Shown: piece after piece, positions 1 through 9,104 of the stretch
How the letters are laid out: each line of letters starts with the position of its first letter
Numbering within the stretch: position 1 is the first letter of the stretch
NCBI GenBank assembly: GCA_044222065.1
Contig: JBGAOA010000001.1
Location: 1 to 64,000 of the forward strand
Reading direction: 5' to 3'
DNA length: 64,000 bases
DNA from: Candidatus Eiseniibacteriota bacterium
GTDB lineage: Bacteria > Eisenbacteria > RBG-16-71-46
Program-made: the position numbers and the translations under genes
The notes under the pieces: generated by a model
Database searches by the model: none
The model's input: the letters and a program-made list of their open reading frames with translations, nothing else
What the model was told of the DNA's origin: nothing

Positions 1-24
1 CGTGTGGATGAAGAAGCGGGCGAA

Positions 25-495
25 CTAGGCGCCGTCTCGTGAAGCGTCGCCGTCTTCGGCACGGCGGCGGGCCTCGGACAGGTATCCGGGCTTGAGATCG
101 AGCAGGTGGGCGAGTTTGCGCGCGAGCTGGGTCTCGTGTTCCGAGAGTCGGCCGTCGGCGCCGATGACACGCCACATCAGCTCGGCCAGCACCATCCGCT
201 GGCCCTCGTCGTACTGGGCGCGCACGACTTCCGTGAACTGGTGCAGGTCGACGGACTCGCGACGCGCTTCGTCGGCCACCGCGATCAGCTCCCGTGCGCC
301 GGCCTCGTCCAGGTCGAAGTGCCGCATCGCCACGTCCTCGACGAGTCGCCGCTCCTCGTCGCTGAACTCGAGGTCGGCGTGAGCGAGTTCGAGCAGCAGC
401 GCACAGGCCGCCAGATGGAGCGGGTTCGGACTCGTGACGGCATCGGGGGCCGTCGCAGCGGTGCGCGCGAAGAGGCTCTTGAGGGCGTTGAACAT
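25..495 (-). CDS. TerB family (tellurite-resistance / co-chaperone-like) protein
   Basis: C-terminal 156 aa of ORF 25..1533: MFNALKSLF...ALLLELAHADLEFSDEE...LMWRVIGADGRLSEHE, the paired A-D-x3-S-x2-E motifs of TerB. ATG at 495. Confidence 0.85.
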   Translation of the reverse strand: MFNALKSLFARTAATAPDAVTSPNPLHLAACALLLELAHADLEFSDEERRLVEDVAMRHFDLDEAGARELIAVADEARRESVDLHQFTEVVRAQYDEGQRMVLAELMWRVIGADGRLSEHETQLARKLAHLLDLKPGYLSEARRRAEDGDASRDGA

Positions 496-663
496 GGGGC
501 CGCAGTCTGGCCGTTCCCGCCGACGGACGCCAGTCGTCTCGGCGAAGGCCCGCGACGCTGCGGGACCTGCTGGCCTCGCCGTCCACGCCGCGCGGATCCG
601 CCCCTCGCCGGAGCCGCGCGCGCTTTGCGCCGCGCGCCCCCGCGCCGCTACCCTTCGTGCCCC

Positions 664-1503
664 ATGGACGCTCTCTCCGCCTTCCGCCAGACGTTCGGCG
701 CGCCCCGCGCGCTCATCGGCATGATCCACGTTGGTGCGCTTCCGGGGACCCCGGCCGCGCACCACTCCATCGACAAGCTCGTGCACGACGCCGTGGCCGA
801 AGCTCGCGTCTATCGCGACGCGGGCTTCACCGCGCTCGCGATCGAGAACATGCACGACCGGCCGTACGTGAAGGCGCCCGCGGGCGCCGAGATCGTCGCG
901 GCGATGACGGCCGTCGGCCGCGAGGTGAAGCGCGAGGCCAGCCTGCCGCTCGGCGTGCAGGTCCTGGCCGGCGCCAACCGCGAGGCGATCGCGGTGGCGC
1001 ACGCGTGCGGCGCCGAGTTCGTGCGCGTCGAGGGCTTCGTGTTCGCGCACGTCGCCGACGAGGGCGTGATCGAGTCGGACGCCGGCGAACTGCTGCGCTA
1101 CCGCCGCGCGATCGGCGCCGAGGGCGTGCGCGTGTTCGCCGACATCAAGAAGAAGCACTCGGCGCACGCGCTCACGGCCGACGTGTCGCTCGCCGAGACG
1201 GCGGAGGCCGCGGCGTTCTTCCTCGCGGACGGCGTCGTCGTGACCGGCGCCGCGACCGGCAAGCCCGCTTCGCCCGCCGACGTTCGGGCGGTGAGCGCCG
1301 CCGTGGACGTGCCGGTGCTCGTCGGCTCGGGCGTCACGCCCGCGAATGTCGCCGACTACGCCGAGGCCGACGCGTTCCTCGTCGGCTCGTCCGTGAAGCG
1401 CGGCGGCGCGTGGTCGAACGCGCTCGATCCCGCGAAGGCGCGCGCGCTCGCGAAGGCGTTCGCGGCGGCTTCGCGCGCGGGCCGCAGGACGCCGCGCGCG
1501 TGA
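664..1503 (+). CDS. BtpA/SgcQ family TIM-barrel protein
   Basis: IGMIHVGALPGTP, IENMHDRPY, ADIKKKHS, ADGVVVTGAATG and LVGSGVT motifs. GCTACCCT -10-like motif just upstream. Confidence 0.9.
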   Translation: MDALSAFRQTFGAPRALIGMIHVGALPGTPAAHHSIDKLVHDAVAEARVYRDAGFTALAIENMHDRPYVKAPAGAEIVAAMTAVGREVKREASLPLGVQVLAGANREAIAVAHACGAEFVRVEGFVFAHVADEGVIESDAGELLRYRRAIGAEGVRVFADIKKKHSAHALTADVSLAETAEAAAFFLADGVVVTGAATGKPASPADVRAVSAAVDVPVLVGSGVTPANVADYAEADAFLVGSSVKRGGAWSNALDPAKARALAKAFAAASRAGRRTPRA

Positions 1504-2453
1504 GCGGTCCGCTCGATGCGCTCGCCGCCGCACGCGGCGGCGGGCCCGACCTCGTCATCCTGGGCAACCTGCTCGTGGACGACATCGTGTGGGCCGACGG
1601 ACGCTCGCTGATGGGCGAGCCCGGCGGCGCCTCGACGTACGTCTCGCTCTCGGCGCGGCTCTGGGGCGTGTCGGTCGGCATCGTGAGCGTGCACGGCGAC
1701 GACTACCCGCGCGCGATGCTCGAGGCGCTCGAAGCGCGCGGCGTGTCGCTCGCGGGCGTGCGCGAACTCGGCGGCAACGGCGTGCGCGCGTGGCTGCTCT
1801 ACGAGCGGCTCGGCCGCAGGATCGTCCACCAGCTCGGCTGCCCCTCGCACGAGGACGTGAGCCCGCGGCTCGACGACCTGCCGCGCGCGTGGGCCGCGCC
1901 GAAGCTGTTCCACGTCGCGCCGATGCCGTTCGCGCGCCAGCGCGAACTCGTGCGCGGGCTCGCGTCGCACGCGGGTTCGGCGCTGACGCTCGATCCGCAC
2001 GAGCCCGTGCGCGAGGACAACCTCGCCGAATGGCGCGACGTGCTGAAGGACGTGGACGCGTTCTTCCCGAACGAAGACGAGCTGCTCCTGGACGGCGTGG
2101 CCGACGATCCGCGCGCCGCACTCCGGCGGCTCGCGGGCGGGAGGCTGCGCTTCGTCGCGTACAAGCGCGGCCGCGAGGGCGGTCTGCTGTTCGACGCGAA
2201 GGCCGACGCGTTCGTGGAGTGGCCCGCGGTGCCGCGGCTCACGGGCGACGCGACCGGCGCCGGCGACTCGTTCGCGGGCGGCTTCCTCGCGGGGCTCGTC
2301 CTCGGGACCGGCCTCGAACGCGCGCTCGAACAGGGCGTCGTTGGCACGAGCTTCTGCCTCGAAGCGCTCGGACCGCGCGGGTTGCTCGAGGCGACACCGG
2401 AAGAGGCGCGACGCCGGCTCGATGCCTGGCTCGACGCCGGGAGTCACGCATGA
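1500..2453 (+). CDS. PfkB/ribokinase-family carbohydrate kinase (candidate pseudouridine kinase)
   Basis: PGGASTY, FFPNEDE and DATGAGDSFAGGF PfkB signature. GTGA overlap with btpA and ATGA overlap with psuG. Confidence 0.85.
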   Translation: MSGPLDALAAARGGGPDLVILGNLLVDDIVWADGRSLMGEPGGASTYVSLSARLWGVSVGIVSVHGDDYPRAMLEALEARGVSLAGVRELGGNGVRAWLLYERLGRRIVHQLGCPSHEDVSPRLDDLPRAWAAPKLFHVAPMPFARQRELVRGLASHAGSALTLDPHEPVREDNLAEWRDVLKDVDAFFPNEDELLLDGVADDPRAALRRLAGGRLRFVAYKRGREGGLLFDAKADAFVEWPAVPRLTGDATGAGDSFAGGFLAGLVLGTGLERALEQGVVGTSFCLEALGPRGLLEATPEEARRRLDAWLDAGSHA

Positions 2454-3358
2454 ACGAACTGTTCGAACTGTCGTCGTTCGTGGACGCGGCGCTGCGCGCG
2501 CACCGTCCGGTCGTGGCGCTCGAGACCACGCTCGTCACGCACGGCCTGCCGCATCCGCGCGGCGTCGAGGCCGCGACGGAACTCGAGAGCGTGGTGGTCG
2601 CGCACGGCGCGGTGCCCGCGACGATCGGCGTGCTCGACGGCCGCGTGCACGTCGGCATGCCGCTCGAGGGCCTGCACCGGCTCGCGACCGCGAGCGAGAC
2701 GCGCAAGCTCAACCTGAGCAACTTCGCCGCCCAGGTCGCCGCCGGCGAGCCCGGTTCGACGACCGTCGCCGCGACGATGTTCGTGGCCGCGCGCGCCGGC
2801 ATCGAGGTGTTCGCGACCGGCGGCATCGGCGGGGTGCACCGCGGCTCCGAGGCGACCGGCGACGTGTCGGCGGACCTCGAGGCGCTCGCCCGCTACCCGG
2901 TCGCCGTCGTGTGCGCGGGCGCCAAGGCGATCCTCGATCTGCCGAAGACGGTCGAGCGGCTCGAGACGCTCGGCGTGCCGGTGTTCGGCTTCGGCACGGA
3001 ACGCTTTCCGGCGTTCTACCGGCGCGACAGCGGCCTGCCGGTGGATCGGCGTTTCGACACGGTCGAATCGCTCGCCGACGCCGTGCGCGCGCACTTCGTT
3101 CTGGGGCTCGGCACGGGCGTCGTGATCGCGAACCCGATTCCCGAGACCGACGAGATGCCCGCCGATCTCTACGAGCGCACGCTCGCGCGCGCGCTCGAGG
3201 ACGCGCGCGCCGCGGGCGTCGCGGGGCGCGACGTGACGCCGTTCCTGCTCGGGCGCATGGAGGCGCTGACGTCGGGGTCGAGTGTGGACGTCAACCTCTC
3301 GCTGCTGCGAAACAACGCCGCCGTCGGCGCCGCGCTCGCCTCGGCGCTCGTGCGCTGA
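2450..3358 (+). CDS. psuG: Pseudouridine-5'-phosphate glycosidase
   Basis: VVALETTLVTHG, TTVAATM, FATGGIGGVHRG, DVSADL, CAGAKAILD, VTPFLL and NNA motifs. Confidence 0.93.
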   Translation: MNELFELSSFVDAALRAHRPVVALETTLVTHGLPHPRGVEAATELESVVVAHGAVPATIGVLDGRVHVGMPLEGLHRLATASETRKLNLSNFAAQVAAGEPGSTTVAATMFVAARAGIEVFATGGIGGVHRGSEATGDVSADLEALARYPVAVVCAGAKAILDLPKTVERLETLGVPVFGFGTERFPAFYRRDSGLPVDRRFDTVESLADAVRAHFVLGLGTGVVIANPIPETDEMPADLYERTLARALEDARAAGVAGRDVTPFLLGRMEALTSGSSVDVNLSLLRNNAAVGAALASALVR

Positions 3359-3446
3359 TCCGGCCGTTCCGTTCCGCCGCGCTCCGCCGTTCGTCCCGCC
3401 GAATGCGCCGTTCGTCGGGCCGCGCGCCGGGCGCCCGGCGCGTTAG

Positions 3447-3477
3447 CAACCTTCCGGGCGCTCGTCCCGTCGAAGCC
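3447..3477 (+). promoter_or_regulatory. Putative ECF sigma promoter (CAAC-N18-GTCGAAGC)
   Basis: caac-cttccgggcgctcgtccc-gtcgaagcc; near-identical motif at 19306-19336(-) and 23997-24027(+). Confidence 0.5.
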
Positions 3478-3516
3478 CACGTCCGCACACCTCCGTCCAA
3501 CCCGGAAGCCAAGGCC

Positions 3517-6159
3517 ATGCGACAGCTGCTTGCCCTGTTCTCGCTCGCGCTCGCCGCTTCGACGGCGGCCGCCCAGGCGCCGCCATCGTCACTCCCGCCC
3601 GTCCGCGCCGTGCGCGCGAACGCCCCGATCCTGATCGACGGCCGGCTCGACGAGGCCGCGTGGCAGACCGCGCCGCCGGTCGGCAACTTCAAGCAGCGCG
3701 ACCCGAACGAGGGCGCGCCGGCGAGTCAGCGGACCGAGGCGCGGATCATCTTCGACGACGACGCGATCTACGTCGCGGCGCGCATGCACGAGGCCGCACC
3801 CGATTCGATCATCGCGAGGCTCGCGCGCCGGGACGACGAAGTGCCCGCCGACTTCTTCGCCGTGTACCTCGATCCGTTCTTCGACCGCCGCAGCGGCTAC
3901 TACTTCGCCGTCAACGCGGCCGGGGTCCTGTACGACGGCACGGTCTCGAACGACGGATTCGAGGACAACTCGTGGGACGGCGTCTGGCAGGGGCGCGCGC
4001 ACGTCGACGAGAACGGCTGGACGTGCGAGATCCGCGTGCCGTTCTCGCAGATGCGCTACGCGGGAGGCGCGGCGCCGGTGTGGGGCGTCAACTTCGTCCG
4101 CAAGATCCAGCGCCTGAACGAGACCGACTACGTCGTCTACACGCCGAAGAACAGCTCCGGGTTCGTGTCGCGCTTCCCGGAACTCCAGGGCCTCGAGAAC
4201 CTGCGCCGCTCGAACTCGATCGAGATCACGCCGTACGTGACGAGCAAGGCGAAGTACCTGCAGCACGACGCGAACGATCCCTTCAACGACGGCTCGAGCT
4301 TCTCGGGCGACGCCGGCGGCGACCTGCGCATGAGCGTCGGGAGCAAGCTCAAGCTGAACGCGACGGTGAATCCGGACTTCGGCCAGGTCGAGGTGGATCC
4401 GGCGGTCGTGAACCTGAGCGACGTCGAGTCGTTCTTCCAGGAGAAGCGGCCGTTCTTCGTCGAGGGCATCCAGAACTTCCGCTTCGGGAACGAGGGCTCG
4501 AACAGCTACTGGAACTTCAACTGGCCCGAACCGATGTTCTTCTACAGCCGCCGCATCGGCCGCGCGCCCCAGGGCTCGACGCCCGACACGACGTTCGCCG
4601 ACGTGCCGCTCGGCACGTCGATCCTCGGCGCCGCGAAGCTGACCGGAAAGCTCGGCGAGCGCTGGAACTTCGGCACTCTGCACGCACTCACGGCGAGCGA
4701 GCAGGCGAAGATCGCCTTCGGGCCCGAGCGCTGGAAGCAGGAGGTCGAGCCGCTCACCTACTACGGAATCGCGCGCGGCCTGCGCGAGTTCAAGGACCGG
4801 CGCTTCGGCTTCGGCGTCCTCGGCGACGCGGTCGTGCGCGACTTCGACGGGCCCGCGCTCGAGGACGCGCTCAACTCGCGCGCCTACGTCGGCGGCGTCG
4901 ACGGCTGGGCGTTCCTCGATCCGAAGAAGGTGTGGGTCGTGTCGGGCTGGACCGCGATGTCGCGCGTCGAAGGTTCGACCGCGAGGCTCACCGACCTGCA
5001 GACGAGTTCGCGGCACTACTTCCAGCGCCCCGACGCCGGTCACGTCGAGGTGGATCCGAACGCGACCTCGATGACGGGCTGGGGCTCGCGCTACTGGCTC
5101 AACAAGCAGGAAGGCCGCGTGATCTTCAACGCCGGGCTCGGCGCGATCAGTCCCGAGTTCGAGGTCAACGACCTCGGCTTCCAGTCGCGCACGGACGTCG
5201 TCAACGGGCACGTCGCGACGGGCTACAAGTGGAACAAGCCGACGAAGACCTACAAGAACAACGCGGTCTACGGCGCGCTGTTCGGGAGCAAGAACTTCGC
5301 GGGCGACAACACCTGGCTCGGCGCGTTCCTCGGCGGAGACACCGAGTTCGCGAACAACTTCAGCCTGAGCTACAGCAGCGCGTACAACCCGCGAACGAAG
5401 AGCGACCGGCGCACGCGCGGCGGGCCGCAGACCGAAAACGCGCCCGGCTACGAAGTGAACGTGTATCTCGACACCGACGGCAAGCGGTCGCGCTTCTACT
5501 ACGTGAGCTACTACGGGTACACGCAGCCCGAAGCGGACTCGTGGAACTGGAACGTGAACCCGGGCGTCGAGTTCAAGCCGGTCTCGAACCTGTCGCTGAA
5601 CATCGGGCCGTCGTACGAGCACGTCCACGAGGACGCGCAGTACCTGAGGACCGTCGAGGACCCGCTCGCGAGCGCGACCTACGGCTCGCGCTACGTGTTC
5701 GGCGTGCTCGACCAGAAGACGTTCGCCGCGAGCGTGCGGTTCAACTGGGCGTTCACCCCCGCGCTGAGCGTCCAGATGTTCGCGCAGCCGCTCGTCTCGT
5801 CGGGCTCGTACACGGACTTCAAGGAGCTGGCGCGGCCGGGCGGATACGACTTCACGCACTACGCTTCGTCGGGCGGCACCTACGATCGCGACGCTGGCGT
5901 GCTGGACCCCGACGGCGCGGGGCCGGCGCCCGCGTACGGACTCGACAATCCCGACTTCAACTACAAGTCGCTTCGCGGGAACGCCGTGCTGCGCTGGGAG
6001 TACGGTCCGGGCTCGACGCTGTTCCTCGTGTGGACCCAGACACGCGAGGACTCGGAGACGCTCGGCGACTTCCGCTTCCGCAAGTCGCTCTCGCGGCTCG
6101 TGGACCAGAAGCCGGACAACATCTTCCTCGCGAAGGTGACCTACTACTTCACGCCGTAG
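3517..6159 (+). CDS. Outer-membrane protein, CBM9-like N-terminal domain plus DUF5916-type beta-barrel
   Basis: Signal peptide; IDGRLDEAAW, NATVNPDFGQVEVD, EKRPFF and FYSRRIG motifs; ends KVTYYFTP. Confidence 0.85.
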   Translation: MRQLLALFSLALAASTAAAQAPPSSLPPVRAVRANAPILIDGRLDEAAWQTAPPVGNFKQRDPNEGAPASQRTEARIIFDDDAIYVAARMHEAAPDSIIARLARRDDEVPADFFAVYLDPFFDRRSGYYFAVNAAGVLYDGTVSNDGFEDNSWDGVWQGRAHVDENGWTCEIRVPFSQMRYAGGAAPVWGVNFVRKIQRLNETDYVVYTPKNSSGFVSRFPELQGLENLRRSNSIEITPYVTSKAKYLQHDANDPFNDGSSFSGDAGGDLRMSVGSKLKLNATVNPDFGQVEVDPAVVNLSDVESFFQEKRPFFVEGIQNFRFGNEGSNSYWNFNWPEPMFFYSRRIGRAPQGSTPDTTFADVPLGTSILGAAKLTGKLGERWNFGTLHALTASEQAKIAFGPERWKQEVEPLTYYGIARGLREFKDRRFGFGVLGDAVVRDFDGPALEDALNSRAYVGGVDGWAFLDPKKVWVVSGWTAMSRVEGSTARLTDLQTSSRHYFQRPDAGHVEVDPNATSMTGWGSRYWLNKQEGRVIFNAGLGAISPEFEVNDLGFQSRTDVVNGHVATGYKWNKPTKTYKNNAVYGALFGSKNFAGDNTWLGAFLGGDTEFANNFSLSYSSAYNPRTKSDRRTRGGPQTENAPGYEVNVYLDTDGKRSRFYYVSYYGYTQPEADSWNWNVNPGVEFKPVSNLSLNIGPSYEHVHEDAQYLRTVEDPLASATYGSRYVFGVLDQKTFAASVRFNWAFTPALSVQMFAQPLVSSGSYTDFKELARPGGYDFTHYASSGGTYDRDAGVLDPDGAGPAPAYGLDNPDFNYKSLRGNAVLRWEYGPGSTLFLVWTQTREDSETLGDFRFRKSLSRLVDQKPDNIFLAKVTYYFTP

Positions 6160-6187
6160 TCGCGGCCCGTCGCGGCGCGAAAACGAG

Positions 6188-6218
6188 AGGCCCGGCGATC
6201 GAGAGATCCGCCGGGCCT
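6188..6218. terminator. Hairpin between convergent genes (probable bidirectional terminator)
   Basis: aggcccggcgatc-gaga-gatccgccgggcct, GNRA loop, A-run upstream. Confidence 0.6.
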
Positions 6219-6246
6219 TCTCGCGGGCAGGGGCCCCTTCCGACGA

Positions 6247-7215
6247 TCAGCGCGCGAGCGTGATGCGCCGCGAATACGTCCGGCCGTCCCCGGGCGCCTT
6301 GAGCCTGAGGAAGTAGAGGCCGTTGCGCGCGAACGAGCCGTCGTTCTGCCGGCCGTCCCAGTACGTGCCGTGCGTTCCGGCGGAGCGGAAGCCGTGCAGG
6401 ATGCCGCGCACCTGCCGGCCCTGGACGTCGAACACCGCGAGGTCCACGAGTCCGCCGCGCGCGATCGTGAAGTCGATGCTCGTGCACTTCACCATCGGGT
6501 TCGGGAACGGGGCATCGAGCGCGTTCGTGAGCTGGAGCGGGCTCGGGTGGCTCGGCACGTCCACGTTGCTGCCGTAAGTCGTGCTGTCGACCGCGGTGAA
6601 GATGAAGTCGCCGGAGCCGACCGAGACGCCGTCGCCGTTCGAGGAATTGCCGGCGGCGAAGAAGTACACCTTGCCGCTGTCGCCTGCGGGCGCCTTCCAG
6701 TTCACGACCCACTCGACCGGGCTCGAGGCGCCGTAGCGGGTCGAGCCGTCGGGATCCACCGGGTTCGTGACGTCGCGCGTGTGCGAGAGGTACCAGCGCT
6801 TGTTGTACGCGCCGACCGCGGGTTTCTGAAGCTTGAAGGTGTCGGGCGGGGTGTTGGCCCCGCGCACCCAGAAGCCGGCGCTGTCGCCCGTGGCCTTCGC
6901 GACCGCGGTGATCTCGAAGCCCCAGCGCAGCGGCTGCGGCGGCAGCGGGCTCCACGCGTGCGTCAGGCGAATCCGGATCGGGTAGATCGCGTTCGCCTCG
7001 TACTGCGCGGGCACGCCGAGAAGCTCGAGCCGGCCGCTCGGATCGTTGAGCGGACTGCCCGTGTGGCACAGCGTGCAGTTCGATTCGGCGGCCTTGTTCG
7101 CGACCGCGAAGGCGCCCGTGCGGCTCGCGGGCGGTCCGGTGGACAGCGCCCATGCGAGGGTCGAGCCGGTGAGGAGGGTGCCGACGATGGCGGCCCGGAC
7201 GAAGACGTGGCGCAT
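6247..7215 (-). CDS. Secreted Reeler / choice-of-anchor-V-like protein with one CxxCH and a C-terminal FlgD-Ig-like domain
   Basis: Signal peptide, TGA...CTLCH, WGFEITA, WKAP, FFAAGNSSNGDG; C-terminus PNP...VFDVQGR...WDG...GLYF. Confidence 0.75.
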   Translation of the reverse strand: MRHVFVRAAIVGTLLTGSTLAWALSTGPPASRTGAFAVANKAAESNCTLCHTGSPLNDPSGRLELLGVPAQYEANAIYPIRIRLTHAWSPLPPQPLRWGFEITAVAKATGDSAGFWVRGANTPPDTFKLQKPAVGAYNKRWYLSHTRDVTNPVDPDGSTRYGASSPVEWVVNWKAPAGDSGKVYFFAAGNSSNGDGVSVGSGDFIFTAVDSTTYGSNVDVPSHPSPLQLTNALDAPFPNPMVKCTSIDFTIARGGLVDLAVFDVQGRQVRGILHGFRSAGTHGTYWDGRQNDGSFARNGLYFLRLKAPGDGRTYSRRITLAR

Positions 7216-7497
7216 GATGCGAACACCTCGAGGATTGGGGGATGGAGGCGAGGGTCGGGCGCGAAAAGGATAGCGAACGGACGCGCGCCCGCGCATGGAT
7301 TTCTTCTCGAATTCGAGACGTTCGGGCGGCGAACCGCGCCCGCGTGGCGACGCGATCGCGGGCCTCTCGTTTCGACAACGTCACGACGGCCGCGCGGAAC
7401 GCGGCCGCGCTCGACCCTCGCGCGAACGCGTCGCTATACTGCCGCCGAATCTCGCCGCGGGTCCCCTGGACCCGCCCGATCCACCGGGGAACCCACG

Positions 7498-8646
7498 ATG
7501 ATCTCGACTTCTCGCACCCACGTCCGGGAGCTCCGGCTGCGCGATCCGCTCGTGCGGGCCGCCGGCCAGAAGCTGCTCGACGGGGGCCGCCTCACCCAGG
7601 AAGAGGGCGTGCGGCTGTTCGACGCCGACGTGCTCGAACTGGGGCGGCTCGCGAACGCCGTCGCCCGCGACCTCCACGGCGACCGCGTCTACTTCACGGT
7701 CAACCGCCAGCTGAATCCCACGAACGTGTGCGTGCTGTCGTGCAAGTTCTGCGACTACGCCAAGCGCCCCGGCGCCTCCGACGCGTACACGATGACGAAG
7801 GACGAGATCCTCGCCCACGTGGACCCCGAGATCTCCGAGATCCACATCGTCGGCGGGCTGCACAACAAGTGGCGCTTCGACGACTACCTGAACGTCGTGC
7901 GGTGGGTGAAGGAGAAGAAGCCCACGCTCAGCGTGAAGGCCTACACGGCGGTCGAGATCGACTTCTTCTGCCGGCTCACGAAGATGCCGGCCGAATGGGT
8001 GCTCGAGCAGCTTCGCGAAGCGGGCCTCGACGCGCTGCCCGGCGGCGGCGCGGAGGTGTTCAGCGAGCGCGTCCGCCGCGAGCTGTTCCACCAGAAGATC
8101 GGCGGCAACCGCTGGATGGAGATCCACGAGATCGCGCACCGCATCGGCATTCCGTCGAACGCGACGCTGCTCTACGGTCACATCGAGACGCGCGCCGAGC
8201 GCGTGCAGCACGTGATCTCGCTGCGCGACCTGGAAGACCGCGCGCCCGGGTTCTTCGCGTTCATCCCGCTCGCGTTCCAGCCCGGAAACACGGGGCTCGT
8301 GCGGCGTCAGGCGAGCGCGATCGAGGACCTGAAGACGATCGCGATCTCGCGGCTCGTGTTCGACAACGTGCCGCACGTGAAGAGTTACTGGGTGATGCTC
8401 GGCGCCGACACCGCGGCGATCGGGCTGAACTACGGCGCGAGCGACCTCGACGGCACGATCGGCGTCGAGAAGATCGCGCACGCGGCGCAGGCGAAGAGCC
8501 CGGTCGGGCTCGCCGAGGCCGCGATGGTGCAGACGATCCGCGAGGCCGGCAAGACGCCGGTCCAGCGCGACGCCCTCTACCGCGTCGTGCGCGAGTACGC
8601 GCGCCGCGAGGAACCGGCGGCCGCGCTCGCGGCGGGCGCGCGTTGA
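7498..8646 (+). CDS. mqnE: Aminofutalosine synthase (radical SAM, CofH/MqnE family)
   Basis: NPTNVCVLSCKFC, EIHIVGG, KAYTAVEI, PGGGAE, NATLLYGHIE, FIPLAF, HVKSYWVM and DLDGT motifs. TATACT at 7435-7440. Confidence 0.9.
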   Translation: MISTSRTHVRELRLRDPLVRAAGQKLLDGGRLTQEEGVRLFDADVLELGRLANAVARDLHGDRVYFTVNRQLNPTNVCVLSCKFCDYAKRPGASDAYTMTKDEILAHVDPEISEIHIVGGLHNKWRFDDYLNVVRWVKEKKPTLSVKAYTAVEIDFFCRLTKMPAEWVLEQLREAGLDALPGGGAEVFSERVRRELFHQKIGGNRWMEIHEIAHRIGIPSNATLLYGHIETRAERVQHVISLRDLEDRAPGFFAFIPLAFQPGNTGLVRRQASAIEDLKTIAISRLVFDNVPHVKSYWVMLGADTAAIGLNYGASDLDGTIGVEKIAHAAQAKSPVGLAEAAMVQTIREAGKTPVQRDALYRVVREYARREEPAAALAAGAR

Positions 8647-9032
8647 GCGCGCCGGCGGCGAAGCACCACGCACCCGGGTTCCTCGCGCTCGTCGCCGACG
8701 CGAAGTCGCGCGTCCGCGAGGTCACGATCGAAGAGCTGCGCGCGCGGCTCGCCGCGGGTGAGGGCTGGGTGCTCGTGGACAATCGCGAGGACCGCGAGTG
8801 GGACGCGGGACATCTGCCCGACGCCCTCCACCTGAGCAAGGGCACGATCGAGCGCGACATCGAGCAGGCGATCCCGGACAAGAACGCGCCGGTCGCGTGC
8901 TACTGCGGCGGCGGATACCGCTCGGCGCTCGTGTGCGACAACCTGCAGAAGATGGGCTACACGAACGTCGTGACCGTGGCCGGCGGCTATCGCGGCTGGG
9001 TCGCACTCGGCCTGCCGGTGACGAAGGACTGA
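8643..9032 (+). CDS. Rhodanese-like sulfurtransferase
   Basis: KHHAPGFLALVADAK, VDNREDREW, GHLP, YCGGGYRS; TTGA overlap with the mqnE stop. Confidence 0.88.
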   Translation: MSAPAAKHHAPGFLALVADAKSRVREVTIEELRARLAAGEGWVLVDNREDREWDAGHLPDALHLSKGTIERDIEQAIPDKNAPVACYCGGGYRSALVCDNLQKMGYTNVVTVAGGYRGWVALGLPVTKD

Positions 9033-9067
9033 AGAACGGGCGGCCGCACGGCCCCTACATTTTTCCG

Positions 9068-9097
9068 TTGATACGTGACCAAATGGTCACGTAATGT
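9068..9097 (+). promoter_or_regulatory. Sigma70-type promoter overlapped by an ArsR-type operator palindrome
   Basis: TTGATA (9068-9073) N18 TAATGT (9092-9097); perfect inverted repeat TACGTGACC-aaat-GGTCACGTA at 9072-9093. Confidence 0.75.
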
Positions 9098-9104
9098 CCC
9101 CGCC

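Noticed and set aside
1..28. 3' end of a plus-strand gene (VWMKKRAN-stop) overlapping the terB stop at CTAG
   Set aside because: Too short to support a call.
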